Positions 39,590-49,509 of a stretch of 64,000 nt of DNA are shown piece after piece. The position numbers were made by a program, and so were the translations under genes. The notes beneath the pieces were generated by a model. The model did no database searches and was not told the DNA's origin. It was given only the letters and a program-made list of their open reading frames with translations. The stretch is from a candidate division WWE3 bacterium (GTDB taxonomy: Bacteria; Patescibacteriota; WWE3; UBA101185; UBA10185), in assembly GCA_003599255.1 (NCBI GenBank), contig QZJF01000017.1, positions 35,940 to 99,939 on the forward strand, written 5' to 3'. How positions within the stretch are numbered: the first letter of the stretch is position 1; the number at the start of each line of letters is the position of its first letter.

Positions 39590-40206
39590 GAAAAACAGGA
39601 ATTATACCCGCAGTTGTATACGGAAACGATATCACTCCTTCGTCCATTCAGTTGAATTTGAATGAATTTATCAAGGTTTATGGCGAAATAGGCGAAACCG
39701 GTCTTATTGACCTTAAGCTTGAAAAGGAAACACACAAAATACTTATTAATGATGTGCAGTATGATCCTATTTCCGGAAGAATAATACATACAGGACTTTA
39801 CAAACCCAACCTTAAGGAAAAAACTGAGGTTGAAGTTCCTGTTGAAATCATAGGAGAGGCTAAAAATCCGTTACTAAAAAGCGGGGGGGCAATATTATTG
39901 ACCTTACTTAACGAAGTCCGTGTAAGCGCACTGCCGACTGATTTACCGGACGCATTTGTGGTTGACGTATCGGGACTACTAGAACCGGGAGCCGGCATTA
40001 CAGTTGCAGAATTAAAGTATGACAAGGGTAAAGTGGAAATTGTTGATAGTGACCCCGAAGAACTTGTTGTTAAACTTGATGTACCTACCATGGAAGAACC
40101 TGAAGAGGAAGTTCCCGTAACTGAGGAAGAGGCAATTGCACAGATGGAGGCAACAGAAGAGAAAGAAGAAGACGAAGAAGAGGCATCTGAGAAGGCGCAA
40201 GAGTAA
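39535..40206 (+). CDS. rplY: 50S ribosomal protein L25 / general stress protein Ctc
   Basis: N-terminal KSLRKTGIIPAVVYG signature and the acidic C-terminal extension typical of Ctc-form L25. Confidence 0.8.
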   Translation: MELTGQKREKTGKQTKSLRKTGIIPAVVYGNDITPSSIQLNLNEFIKVYGEIGETGLIDLKLEKETHKILINDVQYDPISGRIIHTGLYKPNLKEKTEVEVPVEIIGEAKNPLLKSGGAILLTLLNEVRVSALPTDLPDAFVVDVSGLLEPGAGITVAELKYDKGKVEIVDSDPEELVVKLDVPTMEEPEEEVPVTEEEAIAQMEATEEKEEDEEEASEKAQE

Positions 40207-40340
40207 TTCCCCGATTTTACAATATATTCCAAAAGTTATATCATAGGTATCACCAAAAATCGTAGGTCGTAAACCCATGAATCGTGCGGAATTCCTGAGG
40301 TATGACAACAAAACCATATTCAGAGTAAAGAGGAGACAGT

Positions 40341-40472
40341 ATGCTAACCTACATTAAGTGTGTCGTCAGTCGTGTGCGTCATTTCGTGAACGCAGGATGG
40401 TGTCCGAGGTGCAAACAGAATTCAGTTGTGGACGGTATCTGTGAAATTTGCGGGTGGCCGCACTGCAAGTAG
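40341..40472 (+). CDS. 43-aa zinc-ribbon mini-protein (not in ORF track)
   Basis: Sequence is MLTYIKCVVSRVRHFVNAGWCPRCKQNSVVDGICEICGWPHCK, preceded by AGGAGA 5 nt upstream. It carries CPRC...CEIC motifs. Confidence 0.3.
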   Translation: MLTYIKCVVSRVRHFVNAGWCPRCKQNSVVDGICEICGWPHCK

Positions 40473-40623
40473 CCTCGTAGGTGAGCAACCATTGATTTAC
40501 CGGTAATATCTTTAGGGGAATTTGATACTCCGCACTATCATTTTCCCCTTTTTTATTTCAAAAAACAAAACAGGGAAGTGGAAAACCAATTGAATGGTTT
40601 TGAACTTCCCTGGAATTTTCAGA

Positions 40624-41934
40624 TCATTCTGCGGGCACAGGATGGGTTGCAGACCAGACGAGAAGGGCCTTTAACGCATCTTCCGCACGGGCGGGACGTT
40701 TTCTGCTCCTGCGGCGCTGGCGTTTGCCGGCATCTTCCTCGGATTGCGTTACATCTTCCTCGGAACCACCGGAATCCTCCTCCTCTTCTTCCTCACTTTC
40801 AGCAGTGTTGCGCCACATCAAACGGTTAACTTGCTGCATCTCCTGAAGAAATGCAGGGGAAGCAAAATCTTCAATCTGGCGCGTCCGCGTGTTAGCCACG
40901 TTAAGCTTGGGCCATCCAGACTTTTGGATTTTGATAAGTTCCCACCAAGCGGTCATCACAGAGGGACCTACTTCCTCAGCAAGGGCAGCCTCGTGGGAGG
41001 GTTTCCCGCTTTCAGCACCGAGCATAGTACTTATAATCGTCAACGTACCACACTCAAAATGCCCGGCAGTAGCAAGCAATCTCTTGGTTGCAGAAACACT
41101 CGCCGTGGAAATACCACCTGAAATCATACCTGCGTTTGCAGGCTTTATGATTTCATCTGAACGACTGTGGCTCATGAGAATACGGGAAGCCGAATCCATT
41201 AGTACCACAACATCAAACCCGCTGCGCGTCAACTGCTTTGCACGTTCCAAAACAAAACGGGCAACCCAGTAGTGTGCGGCCTCGCGGTCTCCATCAGGAG
41301 TTGTATACAGTTCGACCTGCTCCCGATCGTGCTCCACCTCGCGAAGGATGCTGTAAAATCCCGTTCCATCCTCCGCACGCTCACCTACGTGAAGAATCAA
41401 AATCTTCATCTTAGGATTGCTGCGGGAAACATTAAGCAGTCCCCTAAGCACATCCCGGATGAGCCATGTCTTACCAGTGTCCGGGGGTGAAACAATTCCA
41501 AGCCTTTGCCCATATCCGATAGGACTCAGCAAAGTAGCGGCCCGGATAGAGTGAATGCCGAATTTGTCAATTCGAAGTGCCCTTTTGGCGTAGTCAGCAC
41601 GAAGTGCGCCTACTCCTTCGATTTTCGGGCGATCCAGCACTTTTCTCGGATCTGTCAAACCATTTACGGAAATTATTTTGCCGTTTCCGTTAATGGCTAA
41701 CAAATCACCAGTACCAAGTCCCCACTCTACGACAACATCCTTGGGCAGCTCAATACGGTTCTCCCTCATTACTGTGGGATCCGTAAGGTGGTCCCAGGCA
41801 AAAATCCTGAGCCAATCCGCCGAAGGTATGAACGCAGTATTGGGAATAGGCAACTGGCCACTCTTAACCTGCTGCACAGTGGGTTGCAACTCTTGCTGCA
41901 ACACATATGCGTACTTCAAATCTGCCATACCCAT
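40624..41934 (-). CDS. rho: transcription termination factor Rho-family ATPase with unusual acidic/basic C-terminal tail
   Basis: LLSPIGYGQRLGIVSPPDTGKT (Rho Walker A context), VVVLMDSASRIL (Walker B/ITRLARA region) and GTLTIISTML. The C-terminus has E/D/S-rich then R/K-rich ~70 aa not typical of Rho. The gene is GC-rich. Confidence 0.65.
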   Translation of the reverse strand: MGMADLKYAYVLQQELQPTVQQVKSGQLPIPNTAFIPSADWLRIFAWDHLTDPTVMRENRIELPKDVVVEWGLGTGDLLAINGNGKIISVNGLTDPRKVLDRPKIEGVGALRADYAKRALRIDKFGIHSIRAATLLSPIGYGQRLGIVSPPDTGKTWLIRDVLRGLLNVSRSNPKMKILILHVGERAEDGTGFYSILREVEHDREQVELYTTPDGDREAAHYWVARFVLERAKQLTRSGFDVVVLMDSASRILMSHSRSDEIIKPANAGMISGGISTASVSATKRLLATAGHFECGTLTIISTMLGAESGKPSHEAALAEEVGPSVMTAWWELIKIQKSGWPKLNVANTRTRQIEDFASPAFLQEMQQVNRLMWRNTAESEEEEEEDSGGSEEDVTQSEEDAGKRQRRRSRKRPARAEDALKALLVWSATHPVPAE

Positions 41935-42097
41935 CTCCTTCTTTTTTATTTCCTACCCGAATTCGGGGTTAGGATCATATAATCTTTTTGGTACGAAATT
42001 ATTAGCAAAAAAACTATCTGATCACAACCCCTGTATTTTTAAAAGAACCTCGGAAGGCAACAGTCACTTTTCAGTTTACTATTGCCTTCCGTAGAAA

Positions 42098-43132
42098 TTA
42101 GTGAGGACGTTCGCTCGACAAAATGTCAAACTCGCTTACCTCTAAACGCTCCGGCTCAGGCACGGGTAACCCGGTCTTGCGGTCCCAAAGCCAGGGATCC
42201 TCCACAAGATACAGATCGAAAGGTTCGCCTTCAGGAAACACCGTGTCTCTGCGCGAGGCAATCGAATGTACTTTGTCAGCGCTTGTCCTGGGGTTATGCG
42301 GTTGCGCAAAGTCACCTACGGCAGCCTGTGCTATTGCGCCAGGGAAAATTCCCAAGGTTCTTTGCAAATCTCCACAGCGTTTGCCAATTGTTCTTGCACA
42401 ATCCACCGTACCAGGTGCCTGATCAAACCATGGTGAAAGGTCGGCGCCTCCTACAACACGGGTCGGCCAGTATATAGACGCGATTTTGAACATTGCCGTC
42501 AATATCCTGGAGAACGTATCCCGCAAAACGCCTGTCTTCGGTCCGCCGATTTTTTCAACATCGGTATCAATCTTCACTTCTTCCAAAAGCGCTGTTGGGC
42601 CGGATGATTCGTTGATATCGTTGCCGGGTATCAGCCCAAAAAACAGCAGTGTCAACCAGACAGGGCGTGCCGTGGCAAAATATGTGGTGTCGGTACAGAC
42701 CACAAATCGTTGCCCTCTTATCCGTTTCCACTCATATACCCAGTAGACAAAAGGTATAGTGGCAATACTTACAAAGATAATTACCAAAATGGTAATGGGG
42801 GACATTTCCTCCGACACAAAAGTCGTCGAACCGAAGTTCGAGAGATTGATTATGGAAACGCGTACCCGTTCGATCAGCAGTCCGAGCAGCGGGGCGAGAA
42901 TTACAAGAGCAATAGTATACATTCCTACGCTCCACACTGTGGTTGCTACCTTTGAAGGCACAACAACCATTTCAAGCCGTGCTCCCGGTCCGGGCCGAAC
43001 AGTCCGTTCCATAAGCCATATCTTGTCGAAATACTTCAGAACCGGTTTTTCAAGCAGCACTCCAAGCGCCACCATCAAACAAGTCCAAAGTATCAAAAAC
43101 AGCCCTATTAGCATGTAAGGTGCTGCGTCCAT
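42098..43132 (-). CDS. hypothetical polytopic membrane protein (T4SS-cluster associated)
   Basis: 344 aa with 4-5 N-terminal TM helices and a C-terminal soluble domain. It lies in the GC-rich block next to the hydrolase and ATPase genes. Confidence 0.4.
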   Translation of the reverse strand: MDAAPYMLIGLFLILWTCLMVALGVLLEKPVLKYFDKIWLMERTVRPGPGARLEMVVVPSKVATTVWSVGMYTIALVILAPLLGLLIERVRVSIINLSNFGSTTFVSEEMSPITILVIIFVSIATIPFVYWVYEWKRIRGQRFVVCTDTTYFATARPVWLTLLFFGLIPGNDINESSGPTALLEEVKIDTDVEKIGGPKTGVLRDTFSRILTAMFKIASIYWPTRVVGGADLSPWFDQAPGTVDCARTIGKRCGDLQRTLGIFPGAIAQAAVGDFAQPHNPRTSADKVHSIASRRDTVFPEGEPFDLYLVEDPWLWDRKTGLPVPEPERLEVSEFDILSSERPH

Positions 43133-43278
43133 TAGAATCTTTCTGTACGCTCCTCTCTTTCTAGTATTTGACCCTTTTTTTAATTGGGTAGAATTTGATC
43201 ACAAAAATATTATGTTCAAAACCCACCGAACTAAATTCCAAAGAGCGGTCAAAAAGGATATACCTTTAGTAACCGCTC

Positions 43279-44715
43279 CTATCTTGCATACTCTCTCGGA
43301 TCAACCCATTTTCCTAAGAAATTGTGCGGGTTGAGCCATCCCGGATCCATTTGATACCACTTAACAAAATCGTCCGGATGAAGGTCTGTGACACCAAAGT
43401 GAATATGGGAACCATGGGCGAACCCAGTAGCACCGCACTCTCCAATGACATCGCCCTTCTTAACAGAATCGCCGTAATTAACGCGTAAGGCACTAAGATG
43501 GCCATAGAAGCTGAATATGCCTCCGTGATCAACCCAAAGCGCCAGACCCCAACCAAAAGGATCGTTTTTGTACACGTAACGACTTGGGTTAACCACAACT
43601 CCGTCCGCTACAGCCAGGATAGGCTTGCCGACAGCACACCCATAGTCAACACCTAAGTGAAATGGTGCAGGAGGCGAGACTAATAGGGTAGAACCCCAAT
43701 CCTGACTTAAACCATTATTATCTTGAGGCTTCAACGGAAGCGATAGCCATTGCTGGGCTTCCCCTGAAGCTGCTACGGAAATGTTTTCCGGCAGAAGATC
43801 AAACATTTGCAGGAAGGCCACAAGCATAGACGCCAACCATCCCTCAGCGGAATCATTGTAAACAGTATGCTGAGAAACGTTCAGATCGCCTACTATCGGA
43901 CCGAGCTCCTCATTGATTTTATGAGACCTTCTGACAAGTAGCTCACGGTAGGCTTGGTTACGATTCCAACCGTAAAGTCTGTTGATCTTTTGGGCATCGT
44001 CCAAATCTGCTGAATATCTGATTGCGTCCAACCACCATGCACTTGCATGCGGGGCGGTTTTAGGCAACCAGTAATCGCAGGAGGCGATATCCTGATCTTC
44101 TGACTTGCTCAAACCATCGCGGCAGATTTTGAGTCCGGTTGAGGGAAGTATCCCCTGAGAACCCATCTCTGCTGCAGCACAGTGTCCAATGTAACCGCTG
44201 TAATCATCATAAACGTATTGTGCGGCTATCGGATTGTGTGCTCTGATATCGAATTCCTGCCAGTGCTTTAGATGCCAATCAATGGCAGCCAACTCGACGG
44301 CGGGATTTATATTGGTCAGACCTGCTGCAACGGTTTTAGCGTCACAACTGCCCATGTTTCGGCCACCTCCGGATTCATACTGGAAAATGGCTAACATGAT
44401 ACCAATATCGATATCGGCGTCAAAATCTTCCTTCACCCAGTTGATAGCTGCTATTGTGTTGGCGACAACCTCAGGATCGTATCCCAGGGCTGCAACCTTT
44501 TCCGCATCCGACTGGGATAAACTATACGTTGAGCTTGCGGTTGCCTGAATGCCCAGGATACCGGACAAGGTGCTTTCGAACCAATCCGGCATGGAATCCT
44601 TGAGAACCCCCAACGCTACAACTGTTCCAAATGTAAGCAAACAGAGCAGCGTTGGGAGTATCAGGGCAACAAGCAGAACCGCGCGCATTAAGCACGATCC
44701 TGGATTTATGCGCAT
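43279..44715 (-). CDS. bifunctional peptidoglycan hydrolase: lysozyme-like/SLT domain + M23 (LytM) peptidase (VirB1/PrgK-like)
   Basis: N-terminal TM, then IGIMLAIFQYESGGG (SLT E-S motif). C-terminal HLGVDYG...ALWVDHGGIFSFYGHL...GATGFAHGSHIHF (M23 HxxxD...HxH motifs). Confidence 0.7.
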   Translation of the reverse strand: MRINPGSCLMRAVLLVALILPTLLCLLTFGTVVALGVLKDSMPDWFESTLSGILGIQATASSTYSLSQSDAEKVAALGYDPEVVANTIAAINWVKEDFDADIDIGIMLAIFQYESGGGRNMGSCDAKTVAAGLTNINPAVELAAIDWHLKHWQEFDIRAHNPIAAQYVYDDYSGYIGHCAAAEMGSQGILPSTGLKICRDGLSKSEDQDIASCDYWLPKTAPHASAWWLDAIRYSADLDDAQKINRLYGWNRNQAYRELLVRRSHKINEELGPIVGDLNVSQHTVYNDSAEGWLASMLVAFLQMFDLLPENISVAASGEAQQWLSLPLKPQDNNGLSQDWGSTLLVSPPAPFHLGVDYGCAVGKPILAVADGVVVNPSRYVYKNDPFGWGLALWVDHGGIFSFYGHLSALRVNYGDSVKKGDVIGECGATGFAHGSHIHFGVTDLHPDDFVKWYQMDPGWLNPHNFLGKWVDPREYAR

Positions 44716-44735
44716 CGGGGTGTCCTTTCGAGGGG

Positions 44736-46679
44736 TTACCCCTTTGCAACGGTATCCCGACGACGAAGGTAGGCCTCGAGACCGTGCGGAAGTTTGATAT
44801 AAAGGTCCTTGACCAGTATATGACCTCCCTGCCTCGCTTCACGTACAGTAGCCCACTGGTAATCATCGAGGCTAAGCTCCACCACGATCGAGAACGAATG
44901 GGCAAAACCCATAGGGAATTCCCTAAGTTCTTCTTCAGTGTGAGCCGCCATGATTGTTCTGATACCCGCCTTACGGCAGTTGTCCAGAAACCAGCGGAGA
45001 AACTTGCGAAGATTTCCACCAACCTCAGAAGGTACCGTACCAAGGTACACATCGGAATCTGAAGAGGGGATGCCTACCAGATCATCGACCATAACAACAC
45101 ATCGACGCCCGGTTTCCCTGTGGATCTGCTTCCATGCCTCGGTCCATTTGATTAAAAAGGTGTGCACCCACTGAAAGTACAGGGTACTGCCTTCAATTTC
45201 AGGACGGATAACGAGAGGAAGTACCTTCCCGCTGCGTCTGTAATCTTGGATTGCTTCTGCAACAAAGGCAGTTGCGTCCTCGATTATGACTTTCAGTCTC
45301 TCGCGGATCTCTTCTTCAGTGCCGGGATCCTGGATGAGCGAAGCTTCCAAGACCTTGACCTGCCCTCCAAAATCGGGTGCCCAAAAGTTGGCGCCTGCTT
45401 CCGGATCGGCAGAACACTGAATTGTCACGCTCTCTGTTCCTTGCTGAAGCATCCAGGCCGTTGCCAGCGTGGTTTTTCCAGCATTGGAGGGTCCCAGCAA
45501 AAGAATCGACGGAACCTCTTCAATCGGTATGAAGTATTGAGTCTCCTTACCGATCCATCCAAGACACAGATTACCTCCCAGCATAGCATGGCTCACACCT
45601 GACGTGAGTTGCTCCAGAACAAAAGACGGCTTTGCCAACGTGTGTTCAAACCAGCGCGGGGGCGGTGCGGCACCGGGCACATACGCCTTGAATGCAACAC
45701 GCACTTTCTTTCCCCGCAACAGTTCGAACTTACCTAAACGGGCAAGCTGGTTTTCGATAACACGAAAGTCCGGCTCACCGTTGGCCAAGAACGAAGACGT
45801 CTCCGCACGAATGATAATCGTGGCATAGACCTTGAATCTGGTTTTACCGTTCACGTTAGGTAAGAACTTCCGACGCAACCGGGCGAGAACATCAACATCA
45901 AGTGCCATCAGACCTTCGACATTGTGATCTCCCAGAATTCCTGTGTAGAAGCGGTATGCCTTCTTTTGACCCGGGGTGACTTCTATTGTGTAATAGCTGT
46001 CTTCCCAAGTTACTTCCGTGGCCGCATACACCATCGGATCTTCCAGAACCGGGGTATACGAGAGCGGCATCCGCAACAACACGCTTCGCAACATGGGTCC
46101 CGCGTTATTAAAGTCTCCGTCATACTGAGGAATTACTCCCCCAAGTGCGCCGGTGGCTTCTTCTCCGCTGGGGATCATGCTTGAAGCGGGCCCCCACATG
46201 ACCATATCACGCCCACGCTTGGGTTCCAGATTTGAGGGAATGCTCCATTCTTTCTGGACTCCGAGGTATTGTTGATACGACCTCAAGGGGCGATGTTTTG
46301 CCGCAGCATTGAGTAAATCAACATGGGGCTGAACATCTTTTTTTACCGCCCGGATCAACACCATTACGGGGTTGTTCCCATAGAAACGAAATGCTTCTAA
46401 AAGGTTAACGGGACGATGATGAGTTGCCAGTGCCGTCAAGTGCCTAAACTTTTCAGCACCGTTCCCTGTTCCTGTTCTCAGAAACGAAGGATAAAAAACC
46501 GTATGGTTGCGCCTGCCCAAAGACAGAGCACAAAGCTCCAAAAGATCCATCGCATTTTGATACTCTATGTTTCTTTCGGGGCTTAATTCCACTTCTTCCC
46601 CAGACCCTAAGAGTGCGGGGTGGTTTCCGTTTTTCTGAGGCGCCTGCCTCTTCAACAACGGGGCCAACAGATTCTTCAT
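44736..46679 (-). CDS. VirB4/TraC-like secretion ATPase (Walker A/B P-loop NTPase)
   Basis: 647 aa. Walker A LLLGPSNAGKTT sits ~400 aa in, followed by hydrophobic-DD (VVMVDDLVG). The N-terminal non-ATPase domain suggests a VirB4/HerA-FtsK superfamily architecture. Good RBS GGAGGT. Confidence 0.5.
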   Translation of the reverse strand: MKNLLAPLLKRQAPQKNGNHPALLGSGEEVELSPERNIEYQNAMDLLELCALSLGRRNHTVFYPSFLRTGTGNGAEKFRHLTALATHHRPVNLLEAFRFYGNNPVMVLIRAVKKDVQPHVDLLNAAAKHRPLRSYQQYLGVQKEWSIPSNLEPKRGRDMVMWGPASSMIPSGEEATGALGGVIPQYDGDFNNAGPMLRSVLLRMPLSYTPVLEDPMVYAATEVTWEDSYYTIEVTPGQKKAYRFYTGILGDHNVEGLMALDVDVLARLRRKFLPNVNGKTRFKVYATIIIRAETSSFLANGEPDFRVIENQLARLGKFELLRGKKVRVAFKAYVPGAAPPPRWFEHTLAKPSFVLEQLTSGVSHAMLGGNLCLGWIGKETQYFIPIEEVPSILLLGPSNAGKTTLATAWMLQQGTESVTIQCSADPEAGANFWAPDFGGQVKVLEASLIQDPGTEEEIRERLKVIIEDATAFVAEAIQDYRRSGKVLPLVIRPEIEGSTLYFQWVHTFLIKWTEAWKQIHRETGRRCVVMVDDLVGIPSSDSDVYLGTVPSEVGGNLRKFLRWFLDNCRKAGIRTIMAAHTEEELREFPMGFAHSFSIVVELSLDDYQWATVREARQGGHILVKDLYIKLPHGLEAYLRRRDTVAKG

Positions 46680-46960
46680 CAGTAGAAACCTCCTGTTCGT
46701 TTTTTTGCCTCTTAACCTGTATGGCTAGGGCTTAGATCCGCTTTCCTAAATAAAGAAAAACAGGTCAAAGCCCTAGTTCAACTTACGGTTAAAGGCACTT
46801 TCTAGATTGTAAAAGTACAACTTAAGCTGTTTCGATCTCAGTCATTTAATTGACGCGATCTCATCAGGCCCGGGAATTACCGGACTACAGGATAAGAAAT
46901 TAAAAGGAGCGGGTGCCCAAAACAGAACTATTGTTTTGTCTTGGGACACCCGTAGTGCTC

Positions 46961-47254
46961 TCATTTGAACCGATGCTCGGTAATTCTGGTGGCCATGGAA
47001 GGCTCCCGAATGTGCGAGGGCTCTATGTAAATTTTCCTATACCGTCGATCCTGGAACTTCAAAATGATCTTGAAGCACAAAAACACCAGGAAAACGGCCA
47101 GAATAACCGGGAGTGCATACTCCGGCATTCTGTATACAAGGAAAAAGGACATAAACGCCAACCCGTAACCGATCTTTGTAATCTTTCGAGGTTTATACGT
47201 CGGATCACAAAGTTCGAACCAAGCATCAACGAGACGTCTAAGCTGTTTTCTCAT
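46961..47254 (-). CDS. VirB3-like small membrane protein
   Basis: 97 aa with two hydrophobic helices. It lies upstream of the VirB4-like ATPase and overlaps the stop of the VirB6-like gene, i.e. the VirB3 position in T4SS operons. Confidence 0.35.
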   Translation of the reverse strand: MRKQLRRLVDAWFELCDPTYKPRKITKIGYGLAFMSFFLVYRMPEYALPVILAVFLVFLCFKIILKFQDRRYRKIYIEPSHIREPSMATRITEHRFK

Positions 47255-49209
47255 GTCACCTCCTCTTCTACAATATCGTCGTCGTACTTGCTCAGATCCG
47301 GCGGCTGTAGAGATTCAGAGGAAGACTGTGTTGGTGACTGAGGTCGTTCTTCCGGGACAAAGACGTCCACCAGAGTTCCGGCTATGCCCAGCACAACTTT
47401 CGCGCGGGGGTCACTTACCATCCCTGCACCGACATGCGCTAGATCTCCTACAGTCCGGGCAACGTTACGTCCGTTTACACGGGGGCGTTCGGTCACTTGG
47501 AGCTCGGAAACCTCAACGTAGGTAGCGTCGGGATGGGAATCAGCCACAATGGTGTCCAAATCAATTTCCCTAGTGGTCGTTTCCACTACGTTAGCGTCAA
47601 CGACTCCGTCTGCCTCTCCTGGGGATATAACACGATCTTGACGATCGTAACGAGCAGCAGCCTCAACTCCCTGAACATCCGGGAAATCAAAACTGTCGCG
47701 CACGTCATCCTGAAGAGAAACAGAAACTTCCTCCGCAACGTTGGTGTCTTGCAAGACCGCATCCTCGTCCGCACCTGTAATATCGGGCGTTCTTCCAACG
47801 CGGTCCAACGTCTCCGATGAAATGACATCAAGGTCACCGCCGGATATAATCGGGGAATCCCCACCAACAGCAACAGCTGAATCGCCGGCTGTGATATCGG
47901 AATTATCCCCGAGATTTTCAATGTCAGTTTCTTGAATTTGGGAACTGTCTCCCTCAACCGTCACGGCCGAAAGATCCAAGTCTCCTCCTTCAATGCCTTC
48001 CGATTCAACAACACTCGTATCATCATTGCTATCGATCAGCAATGAATCATCCCCGTCTACAACTGTGTCCCCGAGTGAACTTTCCTCGGAAACTACGGTA
48101 CGAGAGTCGATATCGGTTTCGGCAGAATCGCCCGGTTGATTTGCATCCTCGGGAGATCCTAGCACCACATTGGGATCGGCATCTTGCCCATCACCGTTGC
48201 CACCAACGCCGCCTGGACCACCGGGGGCACCGCTGCCTCCTCCGTTTGGACCCGAAGGACCATTGGATGTGGATGAAGAAACGGTATTGTCGCCATCTTC
48301 GCCATCACTTCCGTCAATAGGAAAGGGAAGAGCTACGATTGCGCCATCTATACCGTCTGCATCGCGGGCTGTCCCGTCAACCGCGTCCGAGTCATCGGCC
48401 GAGGTTTGTTGGTTTGTAGACACGGTCTGAGTGTTCGTGCTCCTGCGGGTTGACAACCCTAGTGCGGGAGCAAAAACAATCATGAGTGCCGGCGGAACCA
48501 CGGTCATTGTGATGAACAACAGGATTACAGCTATAAGATAGCTCCCGTTGTAGTTCGACAATGTGGCCTCTACTACGTTGGGCATTCCTTCGGCGAACTC
48601 CGTTACCAGAGTGTAATACGCCATAGGAAACATTGCCCAAGCGCCTGCTAAAACCCATGCCATAAGAATGGGTTTGAAACTTACATTGATGACTGCGATC
48701 GCTACTAGCGTAATGATCGTCAGCCCCAGGAGCATTTCCCAGATTTTGTAATAATTAGGGATTTCCCTGGTAAAGCCTGCAGCCAGGTTCACAGTGACCG
48801 GATTAGAGTCACCCTCCAGAATCTCCAGCCACCCCATCAGGTCTGCGACCCAGGGAAGACCTAGCTCCTCCGGAAAGAACATGCCTTGGCCTATCTGTGT
48901 TAACAGATTGAAGACCATTGGCGTAATGGCTGCAGCTATCATCAAACCCATGCCCTTACCATACTCAAGACCCCAGTCTCCGCCTGTAATAACGGGTACC
49001 AGAGTGAGAATCAAAAGGGGAGGGATAGTCAACAGGTAGAAGGCCGATGCCAACCTATTGAGCAGCTCTGGAGCAATCGTGACGTAAAAAGATTCGCGCC
49101 ACGGTGGCTCGTTAGCGATAGTATCGGCCAAATTGTCACCACATCCGCTTAGAATAAGCGACATGGCAACTAGGGATACTATCTTTAGGAGAAGTCGCCT
49201 TTTTGCCAT
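47251..49209 (-). CDS. VirB6/TrbL-like polytopic lipoprotein with long acidic low-complexity C-terminal region
   Basis: Lipobox LSGCG, 6-7 TM helices in the N-terminal ~280 aa, then ~370 aa extremely rich in D/S/G/E/T/V (DGSDGEDGDN...GGGSGAPGGPGGVGGNGDG...). Confidence 0.5.
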   Translation of the reverse strand: MAKRRLLLKIVSLVAMSLILSGCGDNLADTIANEPPWRESFYVTIAPELLNRLASAFYLLTIPPLLILTLVPVITGGDWGLEYGKGMGLMIAAAITPMVFNLLTQIGQGMFFPEELGLPWVADLMGWLEILEGDSNPVTVNLAAGFTREIPNYYKIWEMLLGLTIITLVAIAVINVSFKPILMAWVLAGAWAMFPMAYYTLVTEFAEGMPNVVEATLSNYNGSYLIAVILLFITMTVVPPALMIVFAPALGLSTRRSTNTQTVSTNQQTSADDSDAVDGTARDADGIDGAIVALPFPIDGSDGEDGDNTVSSSTSNGPSGPNGGGSGAPGGPGGVGGNGDGQDADPNVVLGSPEDANQPGDSAETDIDSRTVVSEESSLGDTVVDGDDSLLIDSNDDTSVVESEGIEGGDLDLSAVTVEGDSSQIQETDIENLGDNSDITAGDSAVAVGGDSPIISGGDLDVISSETLDRVGRTPDITGADEDAVLQDTNVAEEVSVSLQDDVRDSFDFPDVQGVEAAARYDRQDRVISPGEADGVVDANVVETTTREIDLDTIVADSHPDATYVEVSELQVTERPRVNGRNVARTVGDLAHVGAGMVSDPRAKVVLGIAGTLVDVFVPEERPQSPTQSSSESLQPPDLSKYDDDIVEEEVT

Positions 49210-49236
49210 GGCCTATTCCTTTTGGGCTCTTCGAGC

Positions 49237-49509
49237 TTAGGGAATAAGCCCGATAAAGAAACTGGAAATCTTGTCTACCAGCCCGCCGGGAGCAACACCG
49301 TTTTCGACGATGTTGAATGCAAAACCGACGGCCAAGGCGGCTGCCAGGAACAGCTGGAGAACCATCATAAGTCCGCCGCTATCCTTGCTGTCGCCAGCGC
49401 CCTTTACGAGACCCTTTGGACCCAAAAAGACGTTCCAAAGGAGCCCGATGATCCCCGCCAACATGATGAATTCAAGGATTTGGCGGGCCAAGGTGTTTAA
49501 AGCTTCCAT
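49237..49509 (-). CDS. VirB2/TrbC-like pilin-family protein (paralog 5)
   Basis: Start set at the internal ATG at 49509 with GGAGGT upstream. 90 aa with two hydrophobic helices separated by an LGPKGLVKGAGDSKD loop. Confidence 0.45.
   Translation of the reverse strand: MEALNTLARQILEFIMLAGIIGLLWNVFLGPKGLVKGAGDSKDSGGLMMVLQLFLAAALAVGFAFNIVENGVAPGGLVDKISSFFIGLIP

Noticed and set aside
40578-42477. + strand ORFs overlapping rho (40578..40829, 40744..41121, 40889..41272, 41678..42094 etc.)
   Set aside because: They are antisense to a well-supported Rho gene in GC-rich DNA, with no motifs.
47253-48430. Several + strand ORFs (47253..47525, 47497..47820, 48042..48320, 48170..48430 etc.)
   Set aside because: They lie antisense to the GC-rich low-complexity tail of the VirB6-like gene. 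High GC creates long spurious open frames, and their peptides are Arg/Pro-rich nonsense.
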